Shown here piece by piece: positions 39,150 through 53,138 of a stretch of 64,000 bases of DNA. Numbering within the stretch: position 1 is the first letter of the stretch; each line of letters begins with the position of its first letter. The notes beneath the pieces are model-generated. The model did no database searches. It was not told the DNA's origin and saw nothing but the letters and a program-made list of their open reading frames with translations. This stretch comes from Octopus vulgaris (taxonomy: Eukaryota): contig OX597827.1 of the NCBI GenBank assembly GCA_951406725.2, positions 34,162,001-34,226,000 on the forward strand. The letters run 5' to 3'. A program made the position numbers and the translations under genes.

Positions 39150-39423
39150 CACGTGATCATGTGACTGACCAGACCATCAGACATTGTTACATATTGCTGG
39201 TCACAATGCGTTCGCATTGTTTTAGCCTTCCATTGACGCCACCCCGCTCACTAAGTGAGCAGGCCAACAGAAGAAAGAGTGGGAGAAAGAGTGGTGAAAG
39301 AGTACAGCAGGGATCACCCCCGCTGCCGGAGCCTCGTGGAGCTTTTAAATGTTTTCGCTCAATAAACACTCACAATGCCCGGTCTGCGAGTTCGCTGCCC
39401 TAACCACTGGGCCATTGCGCCTC

Positions 39424-39425
<2 letters not shown>
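39150..39425 (-). mobile_element. SINE family C copy
   Basis: Reverse-complement homologue of 2764-3050. Confidence 0.82.
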
Positions 39426-39488
<63 letters not shown>

Positions 39489-39509
39489 ATATATATGTAT
39501 ATATATATA

Positions 39510-39558
<49 letters not shown>

Positions 39559-39863
39559 ATATATATGTATATATATATATGTGTGTGTGTGTGTATATAT
39601 ATGTATATATATATGTATATGTTTGTGTACATATGTGTATATATATATGTATCTATATGTGTATATATATGTATATATATATATATATATATGTATATAT
39701 GTGTATATATATATATATATGTATGTATATATATATATGTATATTTGTGTATATATATGTACATATATGTATGTATATATAAGTATATATATATGTTTAT
39801 ATATATATGTATATATGTATGTGTATATAAATATGTATATATATATGTATGTATATATATATG

Positions 39864-39895
<32 letters not shown>

Positions 39896-39971
39896 TCATC
39901 ATCATCATCGTTTGCGTCCGTTTTCCATCTAGCATGGGTTGGACCATATATATGTATATAAATATATTTTA

Positions 39972-40035
<64 letters not shown>

Positions 40036-40265
40036 GTAGAAGGTTGAAAAGGAACACATGAGTTGATATATATGGAAAAAAAATGTCAAGGTAGAAAATG
40101 CTACACTAATTTTATAAAAAAATTTCAGTACCAGTTTCATTCATTGAGATTTTTTCAGCTGTAAGTATGGAAAACAAATTTTAGAAAAATTATAAGAATA
40201 TTTGCATAGTGTTCAAATACAAGTGGTATTTTCCTTGTTTCTGTCTGTTTCTGTCTCTCTTTGTT

Positions 40266-40522
40266 GGAAAACCATGCATATGTCTTCAAAACCTTTCATT
40301 CTTCAGTGGGTCAGAGTTTCAGACCCAATCAAATATGGCAGAAGTTCGAGAATATATCTTCCAAGACAGTAGTTATCCTGGTACTCAGTTTGTTTAACCT
40401 TGTTATCAACCAGCCCAATATAGTGCAGGCTGCAGTTAATGCACAACCTACACCTGAGAACAAGTGCTCAACTATTAATTTTGACAATTCTTCTCATGAA
40501 GGCCGTGCTTGTTGCCAAAAGA
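40266..40522 (+). pseudogene. Duplicated fragment of the ZNF CDS (source 42209-42475)
   Basis: Direct alignment shows high identity with a 1-bp insertion, a CAA>TAA stop and an 11-bp deletion; flanked by inverted arms. Confidence 0.95.
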
Positions 40523-40723
40523 GTAAACAAGAGAGACAGAAACAGATAGAAACAAGGAAAATGCCACTTGTATTTGAACACTATGCAAATATTCTTTTAA
40601 AAACTTTTCCTTTCATTTTTCAAAAATTTAATTGTTTTCCGTACTTATAGTCGAAAAAGTTTCAGGTACTGAAATGTTTTTTATAAAATTACTTTACCAT
40701 TTTCTACCATGACTTTTTTTCCA

Positions 40724-40795
<72 letters not shown>

Positions 40796-40883
40796 TGTAT
40801 GTATGTATGTATGTATGTATGTATGTATGTATGTATGTATGTGTGTATGTATGTATGTATGTATGTATGTATGTATGTATGTA

Positions 40884-40977
<94 letters not shown>

Positions 40978-41262
40978 GTACAAAGTAAGATAGGAGTTAT
41001 GAGGGTAACCCACTATGGGATATCAGTTATCCACAATACATTTGACTAATATAGGCAGAATGAGATGTTTTTATCTATGGGCTGAAACAGCTGTAAGGAG
41101 CAGTTTATTTATATTATTCTTATGGTTTTATTAATTTGCATATTGATGTATATTTTTTTTGTTTGATTTTCATGTTCCTATTTATATAATTAATAAATAA
41201 TATGAAATGGTAATATCTGTAAGTTGGTGTTTGAAATGTATTTGTTTCTCCATTTTCTTATT

Positions 41263-41302
<40 letters not shown>

Positions 41303-41318
41303 CACATATATATATGTT

Positions 41319-41364
<46 letters not shown>

Positions 41365-42192
41365 TATATGTTTATATATATATATATATATTGCATAGTG
41401 ATTGATTCAATGAACTATATTTCCTTTATTACAAATGTTTTTAGGTTTTGTGTTTATACCAAAAATCATTAATAATAATTTTAAAAAAGTAAAAGAAATA
41501 AATTTAAAATGTAATTATGACTTCTATCTTTCTTTCTTTTCTTTTTTTTTATATAATTTTCAGATTTATAGCTGGTCTTGTTTAAGTGCAGTGATAACTA
41601 CATGGTTGAGGTAGCATTTACCAACTGTTCATATTCGACTGCAGAAAAATCCCTGCTCTCACCTGAAACCTTAAAAAACTGGATGTAAACCCAACACAGA
41701 AAATAAAAATAAATGAAAAACCAAAATTAAACAGAAAAGGATTATTTGAAACAATATCTAAATTGCAATGGATATTTTTCCTATACAGAGAAATCTTTGT
41801 TTTTATAACACCTTCATTTCAAACTGGAACTGAACCTTTTTTAGCAAAATTTTCTACTCCACACAATTTCTTTTGTGAAAAATGTTAATGGCTGTTTAAT
41901 TCTTGGATTCCATAATATGTCAGGAAGTTGAATTGAGAGAATACGAAAACAAAGTGGTGAAAAAGCTAAGGAGAAAAAAAAAATACCCCTTCCTTTTAAA
42001 TGTCAACTATTGGAAGCTTCTAATGATGCTTTCCTTAATAGTTATAAATCATGTGGCACATCTATATATGAGTGTTTAATATCTTTGAATAGAGGAATAT
42101 TTGTTTGAAGGAGGTTTATAATATGATATTCGTAAAAAAGTAACATCACAAAGTGATTTGAGAAATTAAGCCTTCATTTATCATTATAAATA

Positions 42193-43800
42193 ATGTCACA
42201 CTTGGGTGGGAAAACCATGCATATGTCTTCAAAACCTTTCGTTCCTCAGGGGTCAGAGTTTCAGACCCAATCAAATATGGCAGAAGTTCGAGAATATATC
42301 TTCCAAGACAGTAGTTATCCTGGTACTCAGTTTGTTCAACCTTGTTATCAACCAGCTGAACTAAGGCCCAATATAGTGCAGGCTGCAGTTAATGAACAGC
42401 CTACACCTGAGAACAAGAGCTCAACCATTAATTTTGACAATTCTTCCCATGAAGGCTGTGCTTGTTGCCAAAAGACATGTCAGTGCCCTAGCTGTACTGA
42501 TGGTGGAAACGGTAATGGAAGTGGTGTTGGCACTAGCAATAGCAGCAATATAGGAGAACATAACATTTGCAATGTTAGTGAACAACCTGTCACCAATATG
42601 CCAATTCAGACGACTGGAAATGGAAAAAAGCAGCTATTTTGTGAATTTTGTGGAAAGAAATTTGTCCAAGAATATGTCCTGAAGGTCCACAGGCGTAAAC
42701 ATACTGGGGAAAAGCCATATGAATGTGAAATCTGCTCCAAGAAATTTGCCAGAAATGATACCCTACGCAAACACAAGAGAATTCATACTGGACAGCCAAA
42801 CGGCAGCGTTTCTAATGTTGGTATCTCTCCTAGTTTGAGTTTAATGATTGCGCAAGGTGTTGTTGCCCAGGAAAATGGTGTAACCAATCCTGGGAACCCA
42901 GGCACTATGATGTCTTCTGTTTCTAATTCTCAGACGTCTCAGAGAAACAGTCAGAAATCATATACCTGTGACATTTGCTTGAAACCGTTTGCTCAGCGCC
43001 ATTATTTACAGATCCATAAACGAACCCATACAGGTGAGCGCCCTTTTCACTGTCAGGTTTGTGAGCGAAGTTTCACCCGTAGAGACACACTGATTATTCA
43101 TCAGCGGACTCACACTGGCGTGAAACCATTTCATTGTGAAATCTGCATGCAACAATTTGCACACAAACACAACCTCCAGATACACAAACGGAAACATACC
43201 GGGGAGAAACTGTTTCAATGTGACATCTGCGCTGAACTGTTCACACGCCGTGATTATTTACAAATTCATCGGCGGACTCATACAGGAGAGAAACCCTTCC
43301 AGTGTGATCTCTGTATCCAGAAGTTTGCCCGTCGCACCACATTGGAAATTCACAGACGAACACACACAGGGGAGAAGCCATTCCACTGTGAGTTCTGTGG
43401 GAAACAATTTGCCAATCGAGACAAGCTTCGCATACACCAGAGAACACATGTACGCAAGAAGCCACACCAGTGCACTATATGTCTAAAGAAGTTTGCACGG
43501 AGAGATACACTTGAAATTCACAGCCGGAGACACTCTGGCCTCAAGCCATTCCATTGTGACATTTGTCTGAAGAAATTTGCACAGAAAGATTACCTTCAGA
43601 TTCATAAGAACACTGTGCACTCGGGACAGAAACCTTTCCAATGTGACCTCTGCACACAGAAGTTCTCCCGCCGTGATTCTCTGCAGCGGCACAAGAAAAC
43701 ACACTATAAACAGGTTGATGAAGTGCAGAAGGCCACATCTAGCATCACAAATAACAATGTGGAAGAGGTGCAGCCACTGAATAAATACTTATGGTTGTAA
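42193..43800 (+). CDS. C2H2 zinc-finger protein, 535 aa, 11 fingers (2+9)
   Basis: Intact ORF with 11 CxxC...HxxxH fingers and TGEKPF-type linkers; strong polypyrimidine acceptor ending CAG at 41563, implying ~630 nt of 5'UTR in the same exon. Confidence 0.95.
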   Translation: MSHLGGKTMHMSSKPFVPQGSEFQTQSNMAEVREYIFQDSSYPGTQFVQPCYQPAELRPNIVQAAVNEQPTPENKSSTINFDNSSHEGCACCQKTCQCPSCTDGGNGNGSGVGTSNSSNIGEHNICNVSEQPVTNMPIQTTGNGKKQLFCEFCGKKFVQEYVLKVHRRKHTGEKPYECEICSKKFARNDTLRKHKRIHTGQPNGSVSNVGISPSLSLMIAQGVVAQENGVTNPGNPGTMMSSVSNSQTSQRNSQKSYTCDICLKPFAQRHYLQIHKRTHTGERPFHCQVCERSFTRRDTLIIHQRTHTGVKPFHCEICMQQFAHKHNLQIHKRKHTGEKLFQCDICAELFTRRDYLQIHRRTHTGEKPFQCDLCIQKFARRTTLEIHRRTHTGEKPFHCEFCGKQFANRDKLRIHQRTHVRKKPHQCTICLKKFARRDTLEIHSRRHSGLKPFHCDICLKKFAQKDYLQIHKNTVHSGQKPFQCDLCTQKFSRRDSLQRHKKTHYKQVDEVQKATSSITNNNVEEVQPLNKYLWL

Positions 43801-43879
43801 ATTCAAAAATCAACTCAAGATGCAGCCAGTAATGCATTTATCAGGTAATTATCATCATCATCATCATTATCATCATTAA

Positions 43880-44405
43880 CCTCAAAGGCTCAACTTTACT
43901 TTTCATTCTTCTAGGGTCAATAAAGTACCAGTTAAGTAGGGAGCTCAATGGTATTGGCTAACCCTTTCCTCAAATTATTATAGGGATTGGCAAATTCGTT
44001 AGTGACAAAAAATACTTTGTTGTATTTGTTCCAGCTCTTTCATTCTGAGTTCAAATCCATCTAGCATCAACTTTACCTTTTATCCTTTCAGGGTCAATAA
44101 AATGAACCAATTGAGTACTAGGGTTGATGGTATTGAATAACCTCTTCCCTCCCAATTTGCTGGCTTTGTGCCTAAATTAGAAATCATTATTACTTTATGC
44201 AATAAGGCAGCAAGCTACCAGAAGCATTAGCACATTTGCAGCATTCTTCTGGATCTTTACATTTGGAGTTTAAATTCTGTTGCTTTTGACTTTTCACTCC
44301 ATCCTTTCAGATTGATAAAATCAATACCAGTTGAGCATTGGGGTTGATGAAATTGATTAACTCCACCCACTAAAATTACTGGTCACCTGCCAAAATTTTA
44401 AACCC
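43880..44405 (+). mobile_element. Cluster of ~3 degraded family A SINEs just after the ZNF stop codon
   Basis: Repeated GAGTTCAAAT...CTTTACCTTT.ATCCTTTCAG...GGGTTGATG cores in the same orientation. Confidence 0.75.
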
Positions 44406-45986
44406 ATTTCTATTTTATGCAATTAAATCTACATTGTACATATATGTGTAAGTTTGAGTGTGTGTGTGTGGTGTGGAGTGTATGTCCTACTTCAACCATG
44501 TACAACAGTTGACAGTGTAACATCAGAAAATGTTATTTATTTAAATACACATATTTAATAAGAACATACATAATACGTGTGTGTGTGTGTAAATATGAAT
44601 GAAAATGTTGATGTGAACAAATCATTAATATGGTTCTTGTTATTTTGAAATCTAGGTTTTCTTTGATCATGAGGATGTTGGCTGCCATGACAACAGATGA
44701 GACTTCTTCACTATTTGCAATAACCTACTTAATTCTACCAGATAATCCGTTATTGTATTCCTATCAGAAGACCTTGTTATGCACTGTTAACAACTATACC
44801 AAGAATAAGTCTCTTTTATAGACATGCTATGTATTAACAACTGTCATAACAACTCTACCAATGGGCTTTACCTTAGCAACTCCACCAGAAATACTCTGAT
44901 ATAGCAGCAGCTTTGGCTCTAAAATACCAAGAACCTAGTAATTCTGCCAAAAATACATTATTCTGCCAAATCTACTGAAGCAACATTACTAGTTAATTAA
45001 AAAATTAGGGGTGTGATTCCCCTGACCTGTCCACAACCATTAAGATTGCCTCATTCATCACTATTGGTATAATTAATTACAATTTCTTGGATCATTGCAT
45101 CAGATTTGTTAACGCTCATGTTACTACCAAAAATATGGTCATTGGGAACTCAAATGAAAAGATATTAATGAAATTTATGTCAAAGCGACTTTTTGGGGGT
45201 TGACTAACAAAAATCAAAAAAGGAAAAAGTTAAAAAAAAACAAAAACAAAATTTTATCATAGCAGTTTTGTGAATAAAGATGATGTCTGGTACAATCTAC
45301 AGAAACCACTCACTGTAATGAAAGTTCTATCCAGAAACAGTTCTGCCATATGGACCACAAAGAATCAACCACAATAATTCAACCAAAACTAACAAACTAC
45401 AAATACTCTAACCTTAGGAATTATGTCCAAAACTAATTTGTTATTACAGCAGCAGTATTCAAAACACTTTCCTGTAGCAAAAAAAAAAAAAATGGCAGTG
45501 AATAATTACAATTTTACCAAAGTTTTCCTGCACAGGCCTCCTGACAACCCCTACAGTACCGAAGCTATCCTGCTGCTGTGTGATTTACAACAAGCTTTTC
45601 TATAATATACTCTCGAGGGCTCCCATACTTTTGTTACAGAGGTGAGTGTTAAGAAGCTATTTAATGCAAGCAAATGAACAGTTAATTATGTATATTTGTT
45701 TCTGAGGTAAGGAATTGAAAGATAATGGTGATACGTTGTATTTGTACCTTTTAGTATTTCAGGGACCATTAACATTTGCTTTCCCTACATCATCACTATG
45801 GCAACCAGAAGCATATGTGGAGAAGGTGGTTATATTATCTGTTAATCTGTTTTTGTTAGTGTATTTTTTTTCAAAGATCTGACTGAATTAAAACAAACAA
45901 CTCCCAACTTCATTATTGAGATATTTAATTAGTCAATATTCAAGGCAGCTTCAAAGTATATATATATATATATGTGCGCATACATA

Positions 45987-46030
<44 letters not shown>

Positions 46031-47782
46031 AACACACATACATGTATATATATATATATATACTATACATGTATGTGTGTGTGTATATATATATATATAT
46101 TATACATGTATGTGTATATACATATATAGATAGATATATATATACACATACATGTATAGTATATATATATATATTTATATTTGTATATATACACACATGC
46201 ATGCACACACACACACACATATACACAAGGTGCAGGGATGGCCATGTAGTTTAGAAGCTTGCTTCCCAAATATGTGATTTCAGGTTCAGTCCCACTGCTC
46301 TCACCTTGGGCAAATGTCTTTTTCTGTAACCCCAGGCCATCTTGTGAGTAAATTTGGTAGACAAACTGAAAGAAGCCTATATATGTATGTGTGTGTGTGT
46401 GTGTGTCCTCCATAGTCTTGACATAGTGTGATAGTCAAAAGTAAATGTAGTTTAGTTCCAATATTTCATAAAAAAACATGTCTAGGCATGGGGAAGTATT
46501 ACTTTGCTTGGAAACAGGTGAGGGTTGGTGACAGGAAGGGCATCCAGCCATAGAAAATGTGCTCAGTGAATTCCATCTGACCCATCCATGCATAGAAACG
46601 TTCACATTAAAATGATGATGAGGGTACCAAAGCAACCTTTTCTTTCATTAATAACAATAAATTAATAACATTAAATTACGAAATAGTTATTATAACGAAA
46701 GCCAATAATTCTGATGAACCTGAATAAATTCAAAATATCTATTTTAAAGGCATCCAGTGGTCACAAGTAGAAGAATCCCTATGTATTCATGCTAATTTCA
46801 TAGATTTCTTCTTGGATTCAAATTAGGAGAGAAAAGAAAAGCTATCTGGAAATAATATATACTTTTTTAAAGTTCTAGTTTAACACTATGTTTTGTTGAG
46901 AACATATATATATATATAATGTACTGCAAGTACTTATACAGTCTTTGGATGTGCAGAGTGCTTATTAATTAATGATTCATTAATTGGTTGATTAATGAGG
47001 TGTACATTTGGCACTCTAGTTGAGCTCTCTGTTAACCAAATACTCATAATAAGCATGCGTGCTATTGAGGTGATAGCCTGGATTGGACAAATCCTTACTA
47101 TTTTACCATGCTGGTATGGGTTGGACATCACAGTCCAAGTCAGTTCTAGATCAGTGTTATTGCTTTCTTAGATGGGTTGGTAACCACAATTTGTCATATA
47201 TCTAAAATTCTTACTGAAGCATATATATATTGTTTATTAAAAATGAACTATATATATATAGTCCCATGAAACTATATATTATGAAATGAAACTGCATAGA
47301 TATGTGTGTGTGTGTATGTGGTCCTTGCGAACCCTACAAGGACATTTAGAGGTAGAACTATATATTTTGGTAAGAAGTGTATATTTCCTACCAGAAGTTG
47401 GTTCTACTTGAAAGACCCATGTCATTTAGACATATCTACAGAGGACTCTTCATGTAGAATAGTGCTCACAGAACCTTAATGAACAAACCTGTGTCATTTA
47501 GAGGTAACCCCAGTGAATCCTGCTAGAATAGACGTATGTTATTTGGGGGTAGTCCTTGTTAACTCTTCTTGAACTGACCCATTGGAAGTCAGCAATTATA
47601 TTCTGACGACATGATGAAGTTCAGCTATGATCAACACACTCACACACTTATGTATGTATCTCTACATGTATACGTATACACTTAAAAGACATGCACATAC
47701 ACACACACTCATACACTCACAAAACACAATGTAACTATTCCTCAACCAAATACAAGAAATAAAATAGTCTCCCTAGTATATT

Positions 47783-50590
47783 TAATCATCATCATCATCA
47801 TTTAATGTCCCCATTCCATGCTGGCATAGGTTTGACACTTTGACAAGATCTGATGTGTCAAAGGATAGCATCATGCTCCAGTGTCTGTTTTGGCTTAGTT
47901 TCTGTCACTAGATGCCCTTCCTAATGCCAACCATTTTACAAGACTGGGGTCCTTTTTCATGCCAGCTGTACTATTGAGGCTGCTACACAATTTGCAGAAT
48001 TACAAAGCCAGGGGAATGGGACCAACTTCATGCTAGGGAACAAGATAATTGAACTATGAGAAGTAGGGGTGGTGGCAGTGCAGGTTCTTGTAGAGGATCT
48101 GCATGGCTTGTCACTTCTTGTAGGGGAAGTGGAAGCTGCAAGATAGAGAGAGAGATAATAGCGATGAGGTGCGTAGATGGTCCAAAAGGCTAAAGGTGTA
48201 TTGAAGAATTGGTTTGCGAGATTGTATGAGAAGGAAAGACTGCCAAACTGGGTAGGGTTGAAGGGTGGATGAGCAAGGAGCCATGGGTTGGAGCAGATGG
48301 ATGGATGCAGAAGAGGAGTGTGAACTGCAAGGGTAGATGTTATAGTTGTCATGGTGAGGAGGACAAGAGGGAAGGATGACATGGTTGGGTAGTCTGTAGG
48401 TTCCTGGGGATGAAGAACAGGTGAGCCTAATGCATGGGATGTGAGGGAATGAGTCACAGTAATGTAGTTGGAGAGCACAATACTTTCAGAACTCAGTTTT
48501 GCTGACTAGGACAGGTCTTTTCAAGAACCTCATATTGTCAGAGATCCTGGTCCTTTGTCATCTCCATCAGGCTCAGATTCCTGAGGTCAACCATAACCAC
48601 TTCATCCTATGTCTTCTTGGGTCTCTCTCATCTGCAAGTTTTGACCACATTTAGTGATTGGCATTTCTTTATGTAGCTGTCATTATCCTCATCCATCATT
48701 TGCTCACATCAGCACCGTCTTTGTTGTATACATCTGATTCCTCTTTTACCCAGTTTTTCACTCAGCACCTTTGTACTTATTCTTTCTTGCACATTCACAT
48801 TGCACATCCAACTAAGCATGTTCACTTCATTTCTTTCCAGTCTTCTTAAGTCCTCTGAATTAAAAGCCCATATGTCACTACCATGAAACATTGCAGTTCT
48901 AATATAAGCATAGTACAGTCTGTCCTTCATCAGTTTCTCTTAGGGAAAAGGCTATTATTGTCAGCAGTGGTATGAGGGTGGGCTGATAAGTTCATAGACT
49001 GGCTGGCTATCAAGGAGTGATGTTAGAGCTGTGAAATCTTGCATTTCAACCCTTCTTATTAATAACTGCATTATTTCTTTCCAGGTAATCTGACATATGA
49101 CTATTCAAAGAAGACTTCAAAAGTAGCTAGTAGTAACTTCTCTTGCAGAAAAAGGGTTTAGCCCCTCAGGGACATACATGCTAACGTGGTTGCTACCTTA
49201 GGGGATAACCCTGCAGCTTTATAAAAGGAGCTGCTGAATTTAGGAGGGGAAGGGTGAATCTTGAAGATGACCCAAGGTCTGGATATCCTGCAGCTGCTAT
49301 TGCCAAGGAAAACATTTGTTGTGTTCACCACATGGTGATGGGCAATTGACTGTAAATCAAATAGCCAATGCTGTTAGCATATCCTATGAGAGAGTTGAGA
49401 ATATTCGCACAGTGAATTTGGCATGATGAGGGTTTCTGCTCAGTGGATGCTGTCTTCTGACACCTGATCAAAAGTGCACCGGGCTGATCACATCATGGGA
49501 AAATCTGATATTGTTTGAAGAAGACCTAGTTGGTTTTCTTGAATGTTTCATAAGCCAGGATGAATTTTGGGTTCATCATTTTGTGCCAGAGACAAAGAGA
49601 CAATCCATGTAGTGGAAACACTCTCCTCACCTACTCCGAAGAAGACCAAGGTCGATTGATCTACAGAGAAGGTAATGGCCTCAGTTTTTGAGATGCAAAA
49701 GGCATTGTGTTTATTGACTATCTTCAAAAGGGCCAATGAAGAGTACTATGCCAACTTGCTGAAGCATTTATATGCAAGGCTATCAAGATCAAACGCCCAG
49801 GAAAACTGACAAAAGGGGTGTTGTTCCCTCAAAACAATGCTCCAGCATACAAATCTTTGGTATCAATGGCTACTGTACTTGACTGTGGCTTTGGACTGGT
49901 TGATTACTCTCCCTATTCTCCTGATTTGACCCCATCTGACTATCATCTGTTCCCCAATATGAAACAACACTTGACTGGGAGCCAGTTTGCAGTGATGATG
50001 TCATATCTGCCGTTGATGACTTTCTGACGAACAGGATGAAAACTTCTTCATCAATGGGATCCATTGTAGCACTCTGGCCACTATACTTTCAGAGCAATCA
50101 CCTCATTCACTTATTACCTTTCCTAAGTAGCAAAAGCTATCAACTATTTCTAGTGAACTGTTTGGGCATTTCAGATACTCAGTTTTTCATATGCTTGTAT
50201 GAACTGCTCCAGTTCATCTACCACACCTGAAGCTTATATTTTCATATAGTCTGTCAGTAATTTGACTAGATCTCTTGTGTGTTAATAGCTTCTATCAAGT
50301 ACAGTGTATGAAGTTTATTCTTACTTACTGAAACCTTAGTCTATGCTAAGTATATTTTAAGGCCTCTTAATTTCAGGTTTAGCTTCCATGTGTGGAGTTT
50401 CTTCTCTAATTCCCCTATGTATTCACTTATAAGAACTAGATCTTCAGTGTATAGGAGTTCCCATGAATAAAAATTGTTAAACTCCACTGTGATAGCTTGT
50501 AGGACTATGATGAATAAGAAAGGACTGAGGACTGAACCTTGATAGACTCCAACTTCATCACTGAAGCCATTACCAACTCTCACTTTACTT
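47783..50590 (-). mobile_element. Degraded RTE LINE interrupted by a mariner
   Basis: VGVYQGSVLSPFLFIIVLQAIT..WELLY.EDLV (50341 ORF), RLY...RTAM.HGS..W...RRLERNE..ML.WMC (48709 ORF) and a (CAT)n RTE tail at ~47785. Confidence 0.75.
48971..50065 (+). mobile_element. Degraded mariner
   Basis: TA-flanked TIR-like GAGGGTGGGCTGATAAGTTCA; peptides EDDPRSG, DE.WVHH..PETK.QS, KRPGKL, NAPA and YSPDL.PSDYHLF. Confidence 0.85.
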
Positions 50591-52409
50591 GCTAGATGTC
50601 CTTCCTAATGCCAACCACTTTACAGTGAGTACTGGGTGTTTTTCTCATGCCACCACACTAGTGAGGTTGTCATGCAGCTCACAAGACTGAAACCTGAGAA
50701 GAGGTGGTGGTGGCAAGGGGCAAATTTATGCTGGGAGAATAAGGCATAGAGAGGGATAAAGTATGAGAGAAAAGGGTCTGAGCAGAACAGGTTCCTTGCT
50801 GTAGAGGAGAAAAATAAAGTACTGGGGTCAGTTTAATCCACAAACTTCTCTCTTTTAAATTTCTGATCTTATATTTGTGTTAGAAAATTATTAGAGCAGT
50901 AGATTCGCAGAACCATTGGTACATTATATAAAATGCCTTGTGGTGTTTACTTATGGGACTTGATATTCTGAGTTCAAATCTTACCAAACTTTTCCTTTTA
51001 TCTTTTTGGTGTTAGCAAAACAACTGGTGTCAATTTAATCAACACCTATAAATTTCAAGCCTTATACCGATGTTAGAAATAATAATTATTATTAATAAGT
51101 ATGATAGAAATAGTAGAGCAATGGATAAAATGGCTGACATTATTTAGTTTTGGCTCTCTGTATTCTTTGTTCAATTTTGAGTTTGATTTCACTCTTGCAG
51201 AGTTACTCAAATGTGCACCAATGGTTAATCTAGGCCTCTTACAATTGACTGTATTTCTTTCCACTTTCTACATGTACAAGTTTGCCAAATATAAAAAAAT
51301 CACTTCACCATATCATTTCATTATCATATCAACCCTGAGTAAGCAAGCATGAAAATGTATTAAAAGACATTCCATCTGTGATCATCCAATCTTTTAGTCA
51401 GTATGTCTTGTGGTCTTTCCTGTTTTAAGATAGTAGATTGTGATGTGAGAGATATTTAGCTTCTATTTTTAGCTGGTTAAGTGGTAAACATGTCGGGCTC
51501 TTGTTTGGTGATGGAGGAATAAACTGTTCAATTATTGTTGGGATAAATAACCCAGAGTATTTGACTCATTGCTTTACATCTGGGGCTCAGATCATGCTCA
51601 GTTTTCTTTTAGTGTGGCTATGTGTAAGAAGCTTGTTTTCCCACCACATGCTTTTGGGTTCAGTCCTGGACAAGTGCCTTCTACTATGGTAAAGCCTTTG
51701 TGAGTGGATTTGGTAGATGGAAACTGAAATAAAACTGTCATATGTATGTGTGTGTGTGTGTGTGTATTTATCTCCCCACCACCACCGCTTGACAACTAGA
51801 GCTGGTTTATTTATATCCCTGTAACTTCAGCAAAAAGAGATTGATAGAATAAGTACCAGGCTTAAAAAGAGAGAAAATAAGCACTGGAGTCAATTCATTC
51901 AACTATAAGAGCTCTTTAAGGCCGTGCCCCAGCATTGCCGCAGTCTAATGACTGAAACAGATGAAAGGTACATGGTAAAAGATCATGATGATCACAAGGT
52001 CATGGTTTTCATTCCTGGACCAGATGATGCATTGAATCCTTGAGCAAATCACTGTAGAAATCTTACCAAAATGAACAATAGGAGTCTGGCCTGCTCCCCA
52101 GCTGACCAGCTCCAGTCAAACAATCCAACTCATGCCAGTATGGAAAGTGGACATTAAACAATGATGATGATGATTGTTATTTTGATTGTTTGTCCTTGTT
52201 TTCAGGTTAGTGGTTGTTTATGATTGAGATATAATTTTTTTAGAACACTTGTTTTTGATTTTTGGTGGGTGTATTTTCTATTTTGACCAATGAAACATCC
52301 TTGTCTATAATTTCTGTTAATTCTATTCAAAGTTTTCTTTAATTATATCAACAACTTTGATGGGTGGAAATAGGTTATTTTCTTGTAGTTATGCAGCTAT
52401 ATTGTATTG

Positions 52410-52643
52410 GGTGGCGAGATGGCAGAATCGTTAGCACGCCAGGTGAAATGCTTAGCGGCATTTCGTCTGCCGCTACATTCTGAGTTCAAATTCCGCTGAG
52501 GTCAACTTTGCCTTTCATCCTTTCAGGGTCGATTGAATAAGTACCAGTTACACACTGGGGTCGATGTAATCGACTTAGTCCCTTAGTCTGTCATTGTTTG
52601 TACCCTCTATGTTTAGCCCCTTGTGGGCAATAAAGAATTAAAA
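52410..52643 (+). mobile_element. Young family A SINE with a long TSD
   Basis: ATGCAGCTATATTGTATTGGGTGG occurs at 52391-52414 and again at 52644-52667. Confidence 0.9.
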
Positions 52644-52659
52644 ATGCAGCTATATTGTA

Positions 52660-52880
52660 TTGGGTGGTATCAATAAGTTCCTGGATTACTTGTGTTTAAT
52701 AAAAAATAGATTATTTATCCAAGTTTTAACATCATCTCCTTCAAAATAGTCACTTTGCACAGCAGTACACTGATTGCAGTGTTCCTGCCACTTTTGGAAT
52801 TTGGCCTGGAAGTCATTTTCCATAAGCGAGTCGAGGACCTTTTGGAATTTGCTCTGGAGATCAACAATGGTGTTAAAATG
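52660..52880 (-). mobile_element. mariner 3' end fragment
   Basis: FQKW....C......DYFEGD C-terminal peptide followed by a TIR-like end. Confidence 0.7.
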
Positions 52881-53100
52881 GCAATGAGCATGCGTTGGAC
52901 TGTACCCCATCTACTTCTCCCATGTGATGTCCTTCGATATTGTTTACAACCATTGACAAACTAATAATCCTGATAATGTACATACTCACATATCAACATA
53001 CCTGTATCTCTCTCTATATATATATGCATGTGTGTATTTATATTTTTATATATATGTATATGCATATATATATATATATCATCATCATCATCATCATCAT

Positions 53101-53138
<38 letters not shown>

